Shown one piece after another: positions 18,477 to 27,481 of a stretch of 64,000 bases of DNA. The DNA is from a virus. Lineage: Duplodnaviria > Caudoviricetes. The stretch is from positions 13,087 through 77,086 of the IMG/VR virus record IMGVR_UViG_2974716960_000001. One strand, given 5' to 3'. The notes under the pieces are model-generated. The model was given only the letters and a program-made list of their open reading frames with translations. It had not been told where the DNA came from and searched no databases. The stretch's first letter is position 1. Each line of letters opens with the position of its first letter. Made by a program: the position numbers and the translations under genes.

Positions 18477-18676
18477 TAGTTGATACTTTTGTTGATACCT
18501 CGGAGAAAAACACCCTCTGACCTGCATGTTCTTAACGTCACCAGAGGATTAAAAGCCCGTAGGTATACCCCCTGCACACGTGCGTGTATGGTGTCAAACA
18601 TGCAGCTAAGGCGAGTTAAGAGTCTCTAGAGGACTCAGGATGACTCCACCGTAGTTGATACCTGTAGTTGATACCT
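18477..18676. other. Putative attP with arm-type integrase sites
   Basis: GTTGATAC pairs at 18477-18500 and tandem GTAGTTGATACCT x2 at 18651-18676 flanking a 150-bp centre, immediately upstream of the integrase. Confidence 0.7.
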
Positions 18677-18699
18677 GGGCACCGCGAGAAGGGCGAAAC

Positions 18700-20004
18700 G
18701 TGGCTGACGAGCCGAAGAAAAATAAGAGGCGCGCGAAGGGCGATGGAGGGCTGTATGAGGACGCCAACGGGTTGCATGTCGGCATCGTCTGGGTGACCGG
18801 TCCGGACGGCAAAAAGAAGCAAAAGCGAGTCGCCAGCAAGAGCAAAGCGGAGGCCGCTGCGAAGCTCAACAAACTGCGCGCCGACGTACTCGCCGGGAAG
18901 GTCGGCACCACGCCGGGGAAGGTTCGCACGGTGGGTGAGTGGCTGGACTACTGGCTGACCGTTAAGAAGCGCGAGGTTCGTCCGAAGTCGTACACCAGTT
19001 ACGAGGGCACGGTGCGGCTGTACCTCAAGCCGCATATCGGCCATATCCGGCTGGACAAGCTGACGGTCGCTCAGGTCCGCTCTATGCTCTCGGCGCTACA
19101 GGATGGGTCCGGAGACACCAAGGGGTCGACGCGGAACGCTGAGAAGGCGTACCAGGCGCTCAACAACGCACTCAAGCAAGCGGTCAATGAGTCCGCGATT
19201 CCCCGCAACGTGTGCGATGCGATCAAAAAGCCGAAGCACCGGAAGGAGCAGCGCGGCGCTTTCGAGAAGAACGCAGCGGTCCACATTCTGCGGACGGCAG
19301 CCAAGCGGGACGACGAAGACGACCCTAAGCGGCCTAAGCTCGCGTCCCGGTGGGCGGCGGCGTTCATGACCGGCGCGCGGCAGGCTGAGCTGATCGGCTT
19401 GGAGTGGGATCGGGTCGACACAAAGAACGGCGTGCTGGATATCTCGTGGCAGTTGCAGCGGCTCTCGTATGAACATGGCTGCGGCGAGCCTAAGGACGGT
19501 AAGTACCCATGCGGCAAGGTTCGGGTCGGGTATTGCCCTGAGAAGAAGTTCGCGCCGCCACCCGGCTTTGAGTCCCGGCATTGCCACCGGTCGCTGTTCT
19601 GGACCCGGCCTAAGACGTACTCGGGGGAGCGGACCGTGCCGATGGCACCGCTACTGATTGAGTCGCTTAAGGTGCATTCCCGGCTTGATACGGACCCGAA
19701 CCCGTATGGGCTGGTGTGGCATCACCGGGACGGTAGGCCGCTAAGCCAAGAGGACGATAACGAGCAGTGGAACATGCTGATGGCTGCCGCCGGGATTGAG
19801 AAGCTGCCTCGGCAAGTGGTGTTGCATGAGGCGCGGAATACGGCGGCGACGATGCTGTTGGAGTCCGGTATCGACGCCAAGATCATTCAGCAGATTTTGG
19901 GCCACGCGTCGATCTTGCAGACGCGCGAATATCAGAGGGTCAGTTTGGAACTGGGTAAGAGCGCCGTGTCTAACGCGTTCGACGCTCTGCTCCCAGACGT
20001 TTAG
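18700..20004 (+). CDS. int: Tyrosine integrase
   Basis: RAKGDGGLY N-terminus; GARQAELIGL (R), LHEAR (HxxR), LGH, Y catalytic residues; GTG start at 18700. Confidence 0.95.
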   Translation: MADEPKKNKRRAKGDGGLYEDANGLHVGIVWVTGPDGKKKQKRVASKSKAEAAAKLNKLRADVLAGKVGTTPGKVRTVGEWLDYWLTVKKREVRPKSYTSYEGTVRLYLKPHIGHIRLDKLTVAQVRSMLSALQDGSGDTKGSTRNAEKAYQALNNALKQAVNESAIPRNVCDAIKKPKHRKEQRGAFEKNAAVHILRTAAKRDDEDDPKRPKLASRWAAAFMTGARQAELIGLEWDRVDTKNGVLDISWQLQRLSYEHGCGEPKDGKYPCGKVRVGYCPEKKFAPPPGFESRHCHRSLFWTRPKTYSGERTVPMAPLLIESLKVHSRLDTDPNPYGLVWHHRDGRPLSQEDDNEQWNMLMAAAGIEKLPRQVVLHEARNTAATMLLESGIDAKIIQQILGHASILQTREYQRVSLELGKSAVSNAFDALLPDV

Positions 20005-20005
20005 A

Positions 20006-20788
20006 TCAGGCCGCGCCGTCGAGCTGCTTAGGCAGGGATTGCTTAGACCTCTGCTTAAGCGGCTTCTCTGCGCGAATGCGCTTCCACATGTGGGCCTTAA
20101 GGTGCCGCTGCTTGCGGGTCCACGAAAGGCTCATGGCGGCTGCTCCGACAATCGCGGCAACGACGGTGATTCGCCACGGCCACCGGCCCTCAGCTAACCC
20201 GATGGTTGACAGCACAGGCGCAGTGAGCGCGATACCGGTAGCGGTCAGATAGAGGTTCACGATCAGCGGAGTACGTGGGTCGCTCATGCGGATGCACCAG
20301 AACAGCCAGTACGTATTGGCGAGAAGCCAGAAGTAGACCACGGTCACCAGCGGCGTAATTGCGACGTGATCGCCGGTGAGCCATAGCCCGACGAGCGTTG
20401 GCAGAGCCACGGTGAGTGGCAGGCCAATGTGGGCGTTGAGGCGCGCGACTTTGTATTGGTGGCTCCACGTCATGCGCGAAATGAGGTCGCTCAAAAAGAC
20501 TGCGTGGGCGCAGATGAGGGCGATGTGTCCGATGAGGAACTGTGCGGGGATGTAGCTGCACGTAAATGTGTTGGGCAACAACGGGTTAAGCACGTTGAGC
20601 CAGGGTGATAACAGGATCAGCGCGGTTAGCGTGAGTGCGGCGCTGGCGGTTGTGCGGATTTCCCACCGCACGCGCCAGGTGTGTCGTCGTAGTGCCTGGT
20701 TGACGGTTCCTGCTGCGATCAGCGTCCACAAGAGCGCATGGTCTACGAGGGGAGTTAGTTCGTTGGCAAGGTGGAACTGTTCGAGCAT
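20006..20788 (-). CDS. Multi-pass membrane protein downstream of repressor
   Basis: About seven hydrophobic segments; co-oriented with repressor. Confidence 0.75.
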   Translation of the reverse strand: MLEQFHLANELTPLVDHALLWTLIAAGTVNQALRRHTWRVRWEIRTTASAALTLTALILLSPWLNVLNPLLPNTFTCSYIPAQFLIGHIALICAHAVFLSDLISRMTWSHQYKVARLNAHIGLPLTVALPTLVGLWLTGDHVAITPLVTVVYFWLLANTYWLFWCIRMSDPRTPLIVNLYLTATGIALTAPVLSTIGLAEGRWPWRITVVAAIVGAAAMSLSWTRKQRHLKAHMWKRIRAEKPLKQRSKQSLPKQLDGAA

Positions 20789-20799
20789 AGGGTCGTGCC

Positions 20800-20934
20800 T
20801 TTACGGGAGGGGCTGGACTCGCGTCCGTTGGGAGGGTGGAAACGGCTTGTGACTCAGGCCGTTACAGGGAATGTACTGCCCCCGTTACCCCGGCGTCAAT
20901 GGCCGTTTTCCCACCCGCAACCTCCCGTAAAAGG
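20800..20934 (-). promoter_or_regulatory. Long imperfect hairpin in repressor-membrane gene spacer
   Basis: TTTACGGGAGG/CCTCCCGTAAA plus inner GGGTGGAAACGGC/GCCGTTTTCCCACCC pairing. Confidence 0.6.
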
Positions 20935-20938
20935 CGCA

Positions 20939-21319
20939 TTACAGAGGCGGAATATCGGTCCGCGCCCTGGGCCGGTTAAGTCGGCTCCTGGTCCGTCTCC
21001 TCACTGTCGTTAGCACCGGAGGGTCCAACGTCACATCGCTCACGTCGGCTATGACCTCACCCTCCCGCTCTAGGAAGTCGATCAGGTCCGTTTTGGACAG
21101 GTGGCCGAAGCGCACCAACAGATCAACCTTGTCTAGGCCGAAGTGCTCAGCGACCGCCATGAGGTTGGGGATGCTGTTCAGCACGCCCTTGTCACGCTGC
21201 TCGTAATAGGTGGAGCGTGACATGTTCAGCGCGCTCAGCGCCTCTTGCATACGTACCTGTCGTTTAAGCAGGTAGCTCACTACAACGATCAGGTCATTGT
21301 CTTCGTCTCTGGCCGACAT
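20939..21319 (-). CDS. Immunity repressor (HTH)
   Basis: EALSALNMSRSTYYEQ HTH-like segment; divergent from Cro-like gene, near integrase; start ATG 21319 preferred. Confidence 0.7.
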   Translation of the reverse strand: MSARDEDNDLIVVVSYLLKRQVRMQEALSALNMSRSTYYEQRDKGVLNSIPNLMAVAEHFGLDKVDLLVRFGHLSKTDLIDFLEREGEVIADVSDVTLDPPVLTTVRRRTRSRLNRPRARTDIPPL

Positions 21320-21330
21320 GCCGACCATCT

Positions 21331-21415
21331 TGTCCGACTTGCGGGACAAGTGTCAACCCGGTTGACCAGCAAAGACGGTCTTACACGTCTGTAATTCTGT
21401 CCGATTTGTCGGACA
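21331..21415. promoter_or_regulatory. Two palindromic operators in the genetic switch
   Basis: TGTCCGA-CTTG-CGGGACA (21331-21348) and TGTCCGA-TTTG-TCGGACA (21398-21415). Confidence 0.75.
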
Positions 21416-21456
21416 AAACCCTTCCGAATCGGACCGGGCTGTGTATCGTTCAAACC

Positions 21457-21744
21457 GTGACGCCGACAACCTCCCAAACCTCAGCCCACACAATTCGCTG
21501 GATTCCTGACGCCGTGCAGAATCTCCTGCATAACCACGACATTCTGACGCGCACCGAGCTTGCAAACACGCTGGGTGTAGCGCGTTCCACCGTGTACCGC
21601 ACGTTCGATGACGATTGGTCCGGTGAGCCGAGCATGACGATGCTGGCCAAGATGGCGGGCCACTTCCGCGTCCCACTCAATCGCATCGTCACAGAGCCGG
21701 GCAGCGGGGCCGCGAGGCGCAAAACTGTCCGGATGGCCGGATGA
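21457..21744 (+). CDS. Cro-like HTH protein
   Basis: TRTELANTLGVARSTVYR HTH; TATCGT -10 box 7 nt before GTG suggests a leaderless start. Confidence 0.8.
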   Translation: MTPTTSQTSAHTIRWIPDAVQNLLHNHDILTRTELANTLGVARSTVYRTFDDDWSGEPSMTMLAKMAGHFRVPLNRIVTEPGSGAARRKTVRMAG

Positions 21745-21956
21745 CTGCCGCCACAGTGCTTCTGTCCGATGAACCCGACAGATTGCTTGTCACTCGCCCA
21801 GAAGCCGCACGAATCTTGTCCCTATCCGTTCCCGAGATTGACCGGCTACGCCTGGCTGGAAAGCTGCTGGCGAAGAAGCACGGTTCAAAGGTGCTGTTCC
21901 CGATGAAAGAGCTTGAGCGTTTCGCTAATGACCTGCCTTGGGAGCTTGACCAGTGA
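21741..21956 (+). CDS. Excisionase-like HTH protein
   Basis: LLVTRPEAARILSLS...IDRL...G.L pattern; follows Cro. Confidence 0.75.
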   Translation: MTAATVLLSDEPDRLLVTRPEAARILSLSVPEIDRLRLAGKLLAKKHGSKVLFPMKELERFANDLPWELDQ

Positions 21957-22315
21957 CGAGAACCCGCATTGAACCCGATACCGAAGCTGTCGAAGAACTT
22001 AAGGCCGCGTTAGAGCGGCTTAGGAAGGACGGATGGAACCGTGGAAAGTTTCACGATTTCGCCACAGGCCAGTGCTGTGCTCTTGGGGCATTCGGCCACC
22101 AGTTCCCCACGGACTCGCCGGGCGTTAAGTACCTCGCCTACGCAATCCGCACCCGCAAAGGCGGGCATCCATACCCGGCAGACATGCCCGATATGTCCGT
22201 CGTCATTCGTTTCAACGATGCACATGGCCGCAAGTGGGCAGACGTTGAGGCCGTTTTCCTCGCCGCTATCCGTTACGCGGAAGGTAAAGGCGTCTATGTC
22301 CGAGAAGGCCGTTAG
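21953..22315 (+). CDS. Hypothetical protein (DUF6197-like)
   Basis: GWNRG...CCALGA, FND..GR...V..VF pattern. Confidence 0.6.
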   Translation: MTRTRIEPDTEAVEELKAALERLRKDGWNRGKFHDFATGQCCALGAFGHQFPTDSPGVKYLAYAIRTRKGGHPYPADMPDMSVVIRFNDAHGRKWADVEAVFLAAIRYAEGKGVYVREGR

Positions 22316-22402
22316 GGATAACGTGCTGGCCGCTGTGTCGCTGGCTGCGTTGATCCTGCTCGGTGCCATCGTTCTTAACGACCTGTTCGCGGCGTGGAAC
22401 GT

Positions 22403-22816
22403 ATGAGTACAGCGCCCGTACAGAAACTCGGTTCTATTGCTTCCATAGAACCCGAGAACTACGTAGAGTTATTAGTAGAGGGGGAGGGGATGAGAAAGTT
22501 CCGAGACGTGATCAACGAAGCGCGAAAGGTCGCAATGTTGAATCCACTCGCACGTAACACCGGTAAGGGTTACTACGAGTACGGAGAGCCTTGCTGCTTC
22601 TTCGGTCACGTCTTGGAACGTCTCGGACTTCCCGTCGCCAAATGGGAAATTGCCCTCTTTAACACCTACACACTTGCTGAACTGCCCTGGTTGCATTGGG
22701 GCATCGAAGAACCTAATGAGTATCAGCGGTTATGGATCGCTAAGGTCCAAGCCGCTGCCGATAACGGAGACTCGTGGATTATCGCTATTGCGATGGCGGA
22801 CGCGACTCTCATTTAG
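22403..22816 (+). CDS. Hypothetical protein
   Basis: ORF coupled to upstream small ORF (ATGA overlap). Confidence 0.6.
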   Translation: MSTAPVQKLGSIASIEPENYVELLVEGEGMRKFRDVINEARKVAMLNPLARNTGKGYYEYGEPCCFFGHVLERLGLPVAKWEIALFNTYTLAELPWLHWGIEEPNEYQRLWIAKVQAAADNGDSWIIAIAMADATLI

Positions 22817-23026
22817 ATTTCAGCCCTGCCCCTGAGGCTGACTAACAATAATCAGCGGCACTTAGTAACAAGTTGTTGACCTCTACGAAGTAACTCCGTG
22901 GTCGGAGCGTCTGTGTTTAGTGTCCAGACGGCAGAGTGGTTCGCCTGCAAGTAAGTCAGCATGAGTACGTATCTCACACACGTCTACGTCTGACGTTATT
23001 CAGCGTCAGGGGTGTGTGTGGGGGTA

Positions 23027-23132
23027 GCGATACGCGGTTGGTACCTGAGGGTGACCGCATGAAAACGCTCTGGCGGGGTCCGTGGCCTTATCTACGGGTC
23101 AGAGCATCCCAGTTCGATTCTGGGGTATCGCA
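23027..23132 (+). ncRNA. Atypical tRNA-like RNA
   Basis: GCGATAC/GTATCGC 7-bp acceptor stem plus A, CCCAG-TTCGATT-CTGGG T arm, enlarged D-like and anticodon-like arms; intergenic. Confidence 0.6.
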
Positions 23133-23282
23133 CGAGGCCGGGAGGTTGAGGCGCACGGCACTAACGGGCATTAGTGCTTAGGCGCGGGACGTAAGGGTGT
23201 GGCGTTCGCGCTGCCTTGTTTGCGCTCCCTCCCGGCCATTCTCTTAACCACCGATCACCACATCACCACGAAAGGGCGCGCT

Positions 23283-23639
23283 ATGGCGGTTATCTATCTG
23301 GGTGAACCCACCGGGCCACGACTGCGGAGCGTGAGCCGGGAGAAGGAACGCGAGCTGGACGAATGGCTCTCAGACGCGCTTGAGCACGGTAGCCCACGTG
23401 ACCACGACATTCCCGTCAACTTCACACGCGCGCTAAGCGCCTTAGCTAAGCGGCGCGGAATCCAGTTTCACTTTAACTCCGACCGTATGCGGGTACGCGG
23501 CGAAGTGGTTCTGGGTAAGAACTTGCCCGGCTGTGTTGGCGGGTCGAAACGAAAGGTAACTGCGGGCAACGAACGCGCAGAGGCCGCGAAACATGGGCAG
23601 CGCGTCGAACCCTGGAATATGAGGGATTGGCGTGAATGA
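23283..23639 (+). CDS. Hypothetical protein
   Basis: AAGGG RBS and ATG at 23283. Confidence 0.6.
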   Translation: MAVIYLGEPTGPRLRSVSREKERELDEWLSDALEHGSPRDHDIPVNFTRALSALAKRRGIQFHFNSDRMRVRGEVVLGKNLPGCVGGSKRKVTAGNERAEAAKHGQRVEPWNMRDWRE

Positions 23640-24663
23640 GTTGACACCAACGGTACAAGCGCTGTACCGTGATGACTGCGAGGAGTTCAGAAAGTGGCAA
23701 AGCAGTTTTCTTGCCCGCTGGAATGTGGAGCCTCCTACTCCGAGGAGTACCAGCTTCACCTTCACGAATACGCATCCGAAAAAGGCATCCTTCCGACGTG
23801 TGGTCGGGGGGCCGAACGAAAGGCGCGCTATGCCGGAGGCGATCACGCTGCAATCGGACTTGAGGCAGCCTGAGAAGCTAATGCTCGCCGGGGACTGGCA
23901 CGGCAATCTGCCGTGGGCGTTCAAGGCGATCCACTTCGCTAAGGCGAACGGCGCAGACACGATTCTGCATGTCGGCGACTTTGGCTGGTGGGCACCGACT
24001 GAGCGGACGTTCCAGTTCCTGGGGGAGGTCGACAAAGAGCTTAAGGCTGTCGGTATCGACCTTCTGTGGGTCGACGGTAACCACGAGGACCACGCCTTTT
24101 GGCACCAGTTCAATGCGCCGAAGGCGTATCCGCAGACGTTCATGTCTTACTCAAGCATCACGCACTTGCCGCGTGGCTTCCGGTGGAAGTGGTGGGGCGA
24201 CGTGTGGATGGCGCTGGGTGGCGCTCATTCGGTCGACCGCTCATTCGCCGTTGAGGGTGAGTCATGGTGGCCGGGCGAGTGGTTGCAGGACGACCAGCTT
24301 GAGTACGCCATGCGGGACGGCAAGGTCGACATAATCGTTGCCCACGACGCGCCGACCAACGTCACCATTCCCGGCATCGTGCCAGGTAAGGCGATTTACC
24401 TCCCTATCGGAGGGATGAAGCGCCGGGTTCCGCAGGTCGACTTGCTTAAGGCCGAGGAGCACCGCGCCCGTATCCAGCAGGTGGTGGACGCGGTTAAGCC
24501 GGTGGAGTTTTACCACGGCCATTACCACCGCGCTTACCAGTCCTTAGCGCGCCATGAGGGCGGCGGTTACACGTTGTGCCGTGGCCTGGATAAGGACGAA
24601 ACCACGATGGCGAAGAACACCCATTTCATCACCGGAGGGACGCAGGATGACGACGATGACTGA
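23632..24663 (+). CDS. Metallophosphoesterase (calcineurin-like); true start may be 23830
   Basis: GDWHG, GDFG, GNHE, HD, GHYH motifs. Confidence 0.9.
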   Translation: MNELTPTVQALYRDDCEEFRKWQSSFLARWNVEPPTPRSTSFTFTNTHPKKASFRRVVGGPNERRAMPEAITLQSDLRQPEKLMLAGDWHGNLPWAFKAIHFAKANGADTILHVGDFGWWAPTERTFQFLGEVDKELKAVGIDLLWVDGNHEDHAFWHQFNAPKAYPQTFMSYSSITHLPRGFRWKWWGDVWMALGGAHSVDRSFAVEGESWWPGEWLQDDQLEYAMRDGKVDIIVAHDAPTNVTIPGIVPGKAIYLPIGGMKRRVPQVDLLKAEEHRARIQQVVDAVKPVEFYHGHYHRAYQSLARHEGGGYTLCRGLDKDETTMAKNTHFITGGTQDDDDD

Positions 24664-24979
24664 CCTTGCGCGGGAGGTCGTCCTTTCACCCGACGGCAAC
24701 TTGTCGATCAAGGGGACCAACGTTTGGTTGCCATCCGATCCAGACGAGTTGGAGCGGGAGCGCCAGGTATGCGCGCAACGCTTAGCCGACATTTTCCAAG
24801 CTAAGCGCTACCTCCTCGAACAGGAGGACCGGGAGTACGGCGGCGCTATCGACTTCGCCACCCGCAAGGCTAACGAGACGTGTGGTCGCAGCAGTCAGGT
24901 TCTCTATCGGGACATGTCCAGCCGCGATAAGCGCTGGTGGGTGGCGTTCCTTAAGGCGGTGCGCAATGAAGGCGAGTGA
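24647..24979 (+). CDS. Hypothetical protein
   Basis: GGAGGG RBS; overlaps upstream stop. Confidence 0.55.
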   Translation: MTTMTDLAREVVLSPDGNLSIKGTNVWLPSDPDELERERQVCAQRLADIFQAKRYLLEQEDREYGGAIDFATRKANETCGRSSQVLYRDMSSRDKRWWVAFLKAVRNEGE

Positions 24980-25283
24980 ACGTCTCGCGGAGCGCAACGA
25001 CATTCTCGAAGTCATCGCGGAGATTGATTCCGAGTTGGCTGCCCTTATTGGGGTGAGGTCTTTCCGCGCGGCGCAGGAGGCGCGGGAGAAGTTGGATATC
25101 CGCCGGGGTTTGGAGGCGGAACTTAACGCGCTCGGGTTTAAAGCGCCTGAGCTTGATGAGAGGTTGAAGAACCGTGAGGTTACTCGCAGCAGTGCTGCTA
25201 CTGGCGGTGATCATTCTGGCGGTGGTGGCGGCGATTCAGTGGTTGCGAAACGCCGTATTGGACCGTCGCCTCAAGCGAGCTAA
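24966..25283 (+). CDS. Hypothetical protein
   Basis: Coupled start; overlaps next ORF so 3-prime end uncertain. Confidence 0.45.
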   Translation: MKASERLAERNDILEVIAEIDSELAALIGVRSFRAAQEAREKLDIRRGLEAELNALGFKAPELDERLKNREVTRSSAATGGDHSGGGGGDSVVAKRRIGPSPQAS

Positions 25284-25419
25284 CGACCCGTTGCAGTACC
25301 TCACCCGGCAGGAGCGTCGGGAACATGCGCGGGCGCTCGCTAAGCGTCACCTGTCCGAAGCGGACGAGGCGTATTACCAGCGCCTTAACGACATGCTCCA
25401 AATCAAGCCGGTCCTGTAA
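25174..25419 (+). CDS. Small membrane protein
   Basis: N-terminal TM helix. Confidence 0.55.
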   Translation: MRLLAAVLLLAVIILAVVAAIQWLRNAVLDRRLKRANDPLQYLTRQERREHARALAKRHLSEADEAYYQRLNDMLQIKPVL

Positions 25420-25456
25420 CTCAGGGCCACCCTCTAAGAAAGGTAATCGCACCAAA

Positions 25457-25585
25457 ATGAAGAAGATCATGGAGTTCTTCGGTTTCACGTCGGCGGGCGC
25501 TTTCATGAAGGAATGGAAGGCGCTGGACGAGGCCGACCAGGCGCAGCTCAAGGCCGGTATCGAGGACGGCTCGCTGACCTACTAA
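25457..25585 (+). CDS. 42-aa hypothetical protein
   Basis: GAAAGG RBS, phage-typical codons, followed by terminator. Confidence 0.6.
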   Translation: MKKIMEFFGFTSAGAFMKEWKALDEADQAQLKAGIEDGSLTY

Positions 25586-25600
25586 CCGCACTTCCCGACT

Positions 25601-25636
25601 AAGCCCCCACTGACTCCGGTTGGTGGGGGCTTTGTT
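25601..25636 (+). terminator. Rho-independent terminator
   Basis: AAGCCCCCAC / GTGGGGGCTT then TGTT. Confidence 0.7.
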
Positions 25637-25675
25637 GCGCCTTAAAACAAATCCCTTTAGAAAGGAACCCTTACG

Positions 25676-26635
25676 TTGAACCGTAAGAAAATCGCGGCTA
25701 TGGCTCTCGCGGCGGCTGCCGTTCTTCCCGTCGTCGCATGTTCGACTTCGGTCCCGGCTGGCGTTACCGCTGTCAAGGTGGAGGACTACGCGTTCATCCC
25801 GACCGATCCGACCGTCGAGGGCTGCATGAAGCCGGAGACGAACGAGTACAACCCAATCGGCGGGTTCAAGGCGTACATGTACCCGGCCCGGCAGATCAGC
25901 TACGACGCGCTGGACCAGGAGGGCGCGGAGGCCCCGGCCACCGTCGTCGTGTCGAACCGCGAGGCTCCGGCTGAGCTTAAGGTGCCGGTGACGGTGACGT
26001 TCGACCTCACGCAGGATTGCGAGCTGCTTAAGCAGTTCCATCGGGACTTCGGCACCAAGTATCAGGGCTGGCTTAACAGCGACGGCACCACGTCGCAGGG
26101 CTGGAAAGACCTGCTGAATTACGTGGTCGGCCAGCCGTTGCAGAACACGTTGGTGTCGATTGCGCAGAAGTACGAGTGGCGCAAGATTTGGAACGACGAG
26201 GCCGTGCGCGTCGAGTTCCAGAACGCGCTGCGCGAGACGCTGCCTAAGGTGTCGCGGGACCGTACTAACGGCGTCGACTACTTCACCAACTTTCAGGTGA
26301 CGGTGATGAAGCCGGACCCGGTAGACGCCACGCTCAAGTCCGCGATCATTGCGGAGCAGCAGGCTATCGCCCAGGCGAAGGCCACCGAGGCGAAGGGCGT
26401 TGCGGACGCTAACGCTGCGGAGGCTAAGGCTAAGGCTGACGTGACCGCTGCGGAGGCTCAGACGAAGGTGGCTGAACAGGAGGCTCTCAAGCGGGCTGCT
26501 GAGATTCGCGGCTACCCGTCCGTTGAGGCTTACCTTGACGCGCAGGAAATCGCCGCCAAGCGTGAGGCTATCGCGCGGGGTCTGAACCCGTACCCGTCGC
26601 CCATTGTGGCGGGTGTTGGCGCTACCGGGCGCTAA
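25676..26635 (+). CDS. SPFH/band-7 family lipoprotein
   Basis: Lipobox VVAC; V.VTVTF, P...L...IIAEQQA and AEA-rich coiled C-terminus. Confidence 0.75.
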   Translation: MNRKKIAAMALAAAAVLPVVACSTSVPAGVTAVKVEDYAFIPTDPTVEGCMKPETNEYNPIGGFKAYMYPARQISYDALDQEGAEAPATVVVSNREAPAELKVPVTVTFDLTQDCELLKQFHRDFGTKYQGWLNSDGTTSQGWKDLLNYVVGQPLQNTLVSIAQKYEWRKIWNDEAVRVEFQNALRETLPKVSRDRTNGVDYFTNFQVTVMKPDPVDATLKSAIIAEQQAIAQAKATEAKGVADANAAEAKAKADVTAAEAQTKVAEQEALKRAAEIRGYPSVEAYLDAQEIAAKREAIARGLNPYPSPIVAGVGATGR

Positions 26636-26816
26636 TGCTTAGCCGCATTACACCGGGCGATAGGCGCTTTCTACTGATCTGCGTTGGTGTCATTATCGGC
26701 GTCCTGATCGGGTTGGCGTTCCTCGCCTAGCTAACCCTCCCTAGATGGGGCGCGCATATCTAGGGGTGATTAACGCACGCGCAACCTAAACCCTTTCATG
26801 AAACCTAAGGAAAAAC

Positions 26817-27242
26817 ATGTCCAAAAAGTCCCTGTTCAAGCAACCGGGTGTCGAGCAGTTGGTCCCCGGCGCGGACCTGCCGGTCGGCGTTAAGGTCACC
26901 GGTCGCAACATGCACGCCGTGTCCCTGCTGGCGTCGGTGAGCGGCGAGAAGCTGGGTAAGCGGACCATCGTCAAGTCTTACTTTGAGGCTGACGGTTCGC
27001 TGTCGCACGTCCGGCTGGTTGACGAGGACGGCACCGTCGATATCAAGGCGGGCGACTACATGATGCTGAGCGACGACCGGGAGACCATCGTCATCGGCAA
27101 CGCGCAGGAATACGCGGCCCTTAAGGCCATGCTGCCTCTCGTCGTCGCGCTCGGGGATGCCTTCGCTAAGGCTGGCCCCGCGACCCTGACCGGCCTGCCG
27201 ATTCTGGACGGGATGCTGGCGAGCTTCGGGAACATCTTCTGA
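26817..27242 (+). CDS. Hypothetical protein
   Basis: AAGGA RBS; good codon usage. Confidence 0.6.
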   Translation: MSKKSLFKQPGVEQLVPGADLPVGVKVTGRNMHAVSLLASVSGEKLGKRTIVKSYFEADGSLSHVRLVDEDGTVDIKAGDYMMLSDDRETIVIGNAQEYAALKAMLPLVVALGDAFAKAGPATLTGLPILDGMLASFGNIF

Positions 27243-27481
27243 TGGCGCTTTTCAAAAAGGCTGCGCCGGTATTCGTCGCCCCTAAGTCCGTGGCTTCTAT
27301 CACGGAGGGGCTGAGCGACACCCTCGCGGAGCTTGAGGCGCACGCCGAGGATCAGGCGCAGCAGGTTTCGTTTCAGAACATGCTAGCGGCCCAGGCGCGG
27401 AACGCGGCTAAGGAGCATGAGGTAGAGCACGACAAGGCGCTTAAGGTGGCCGGGAACATTAGGGCGCTACTCGACGCATGA
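27242..27481 (+). CDS. Hypothetical protein
   Basis: TGATG coupling with upstream gene. Confidence 0.6.
   Translation: MALFKKAAPVFVAPKSVASITEGLSDTLAELEAHAEDQAQQVSFQNMLAAQARNAAKEHEVEHDKALKVAGNIRALLDA

Noticed and set aside
18541-18575. tRNA or tRNA half in attP
   Set aside because: Only an anticodon-loop-like 10-mer; no T arm, D arm or acceptor stem
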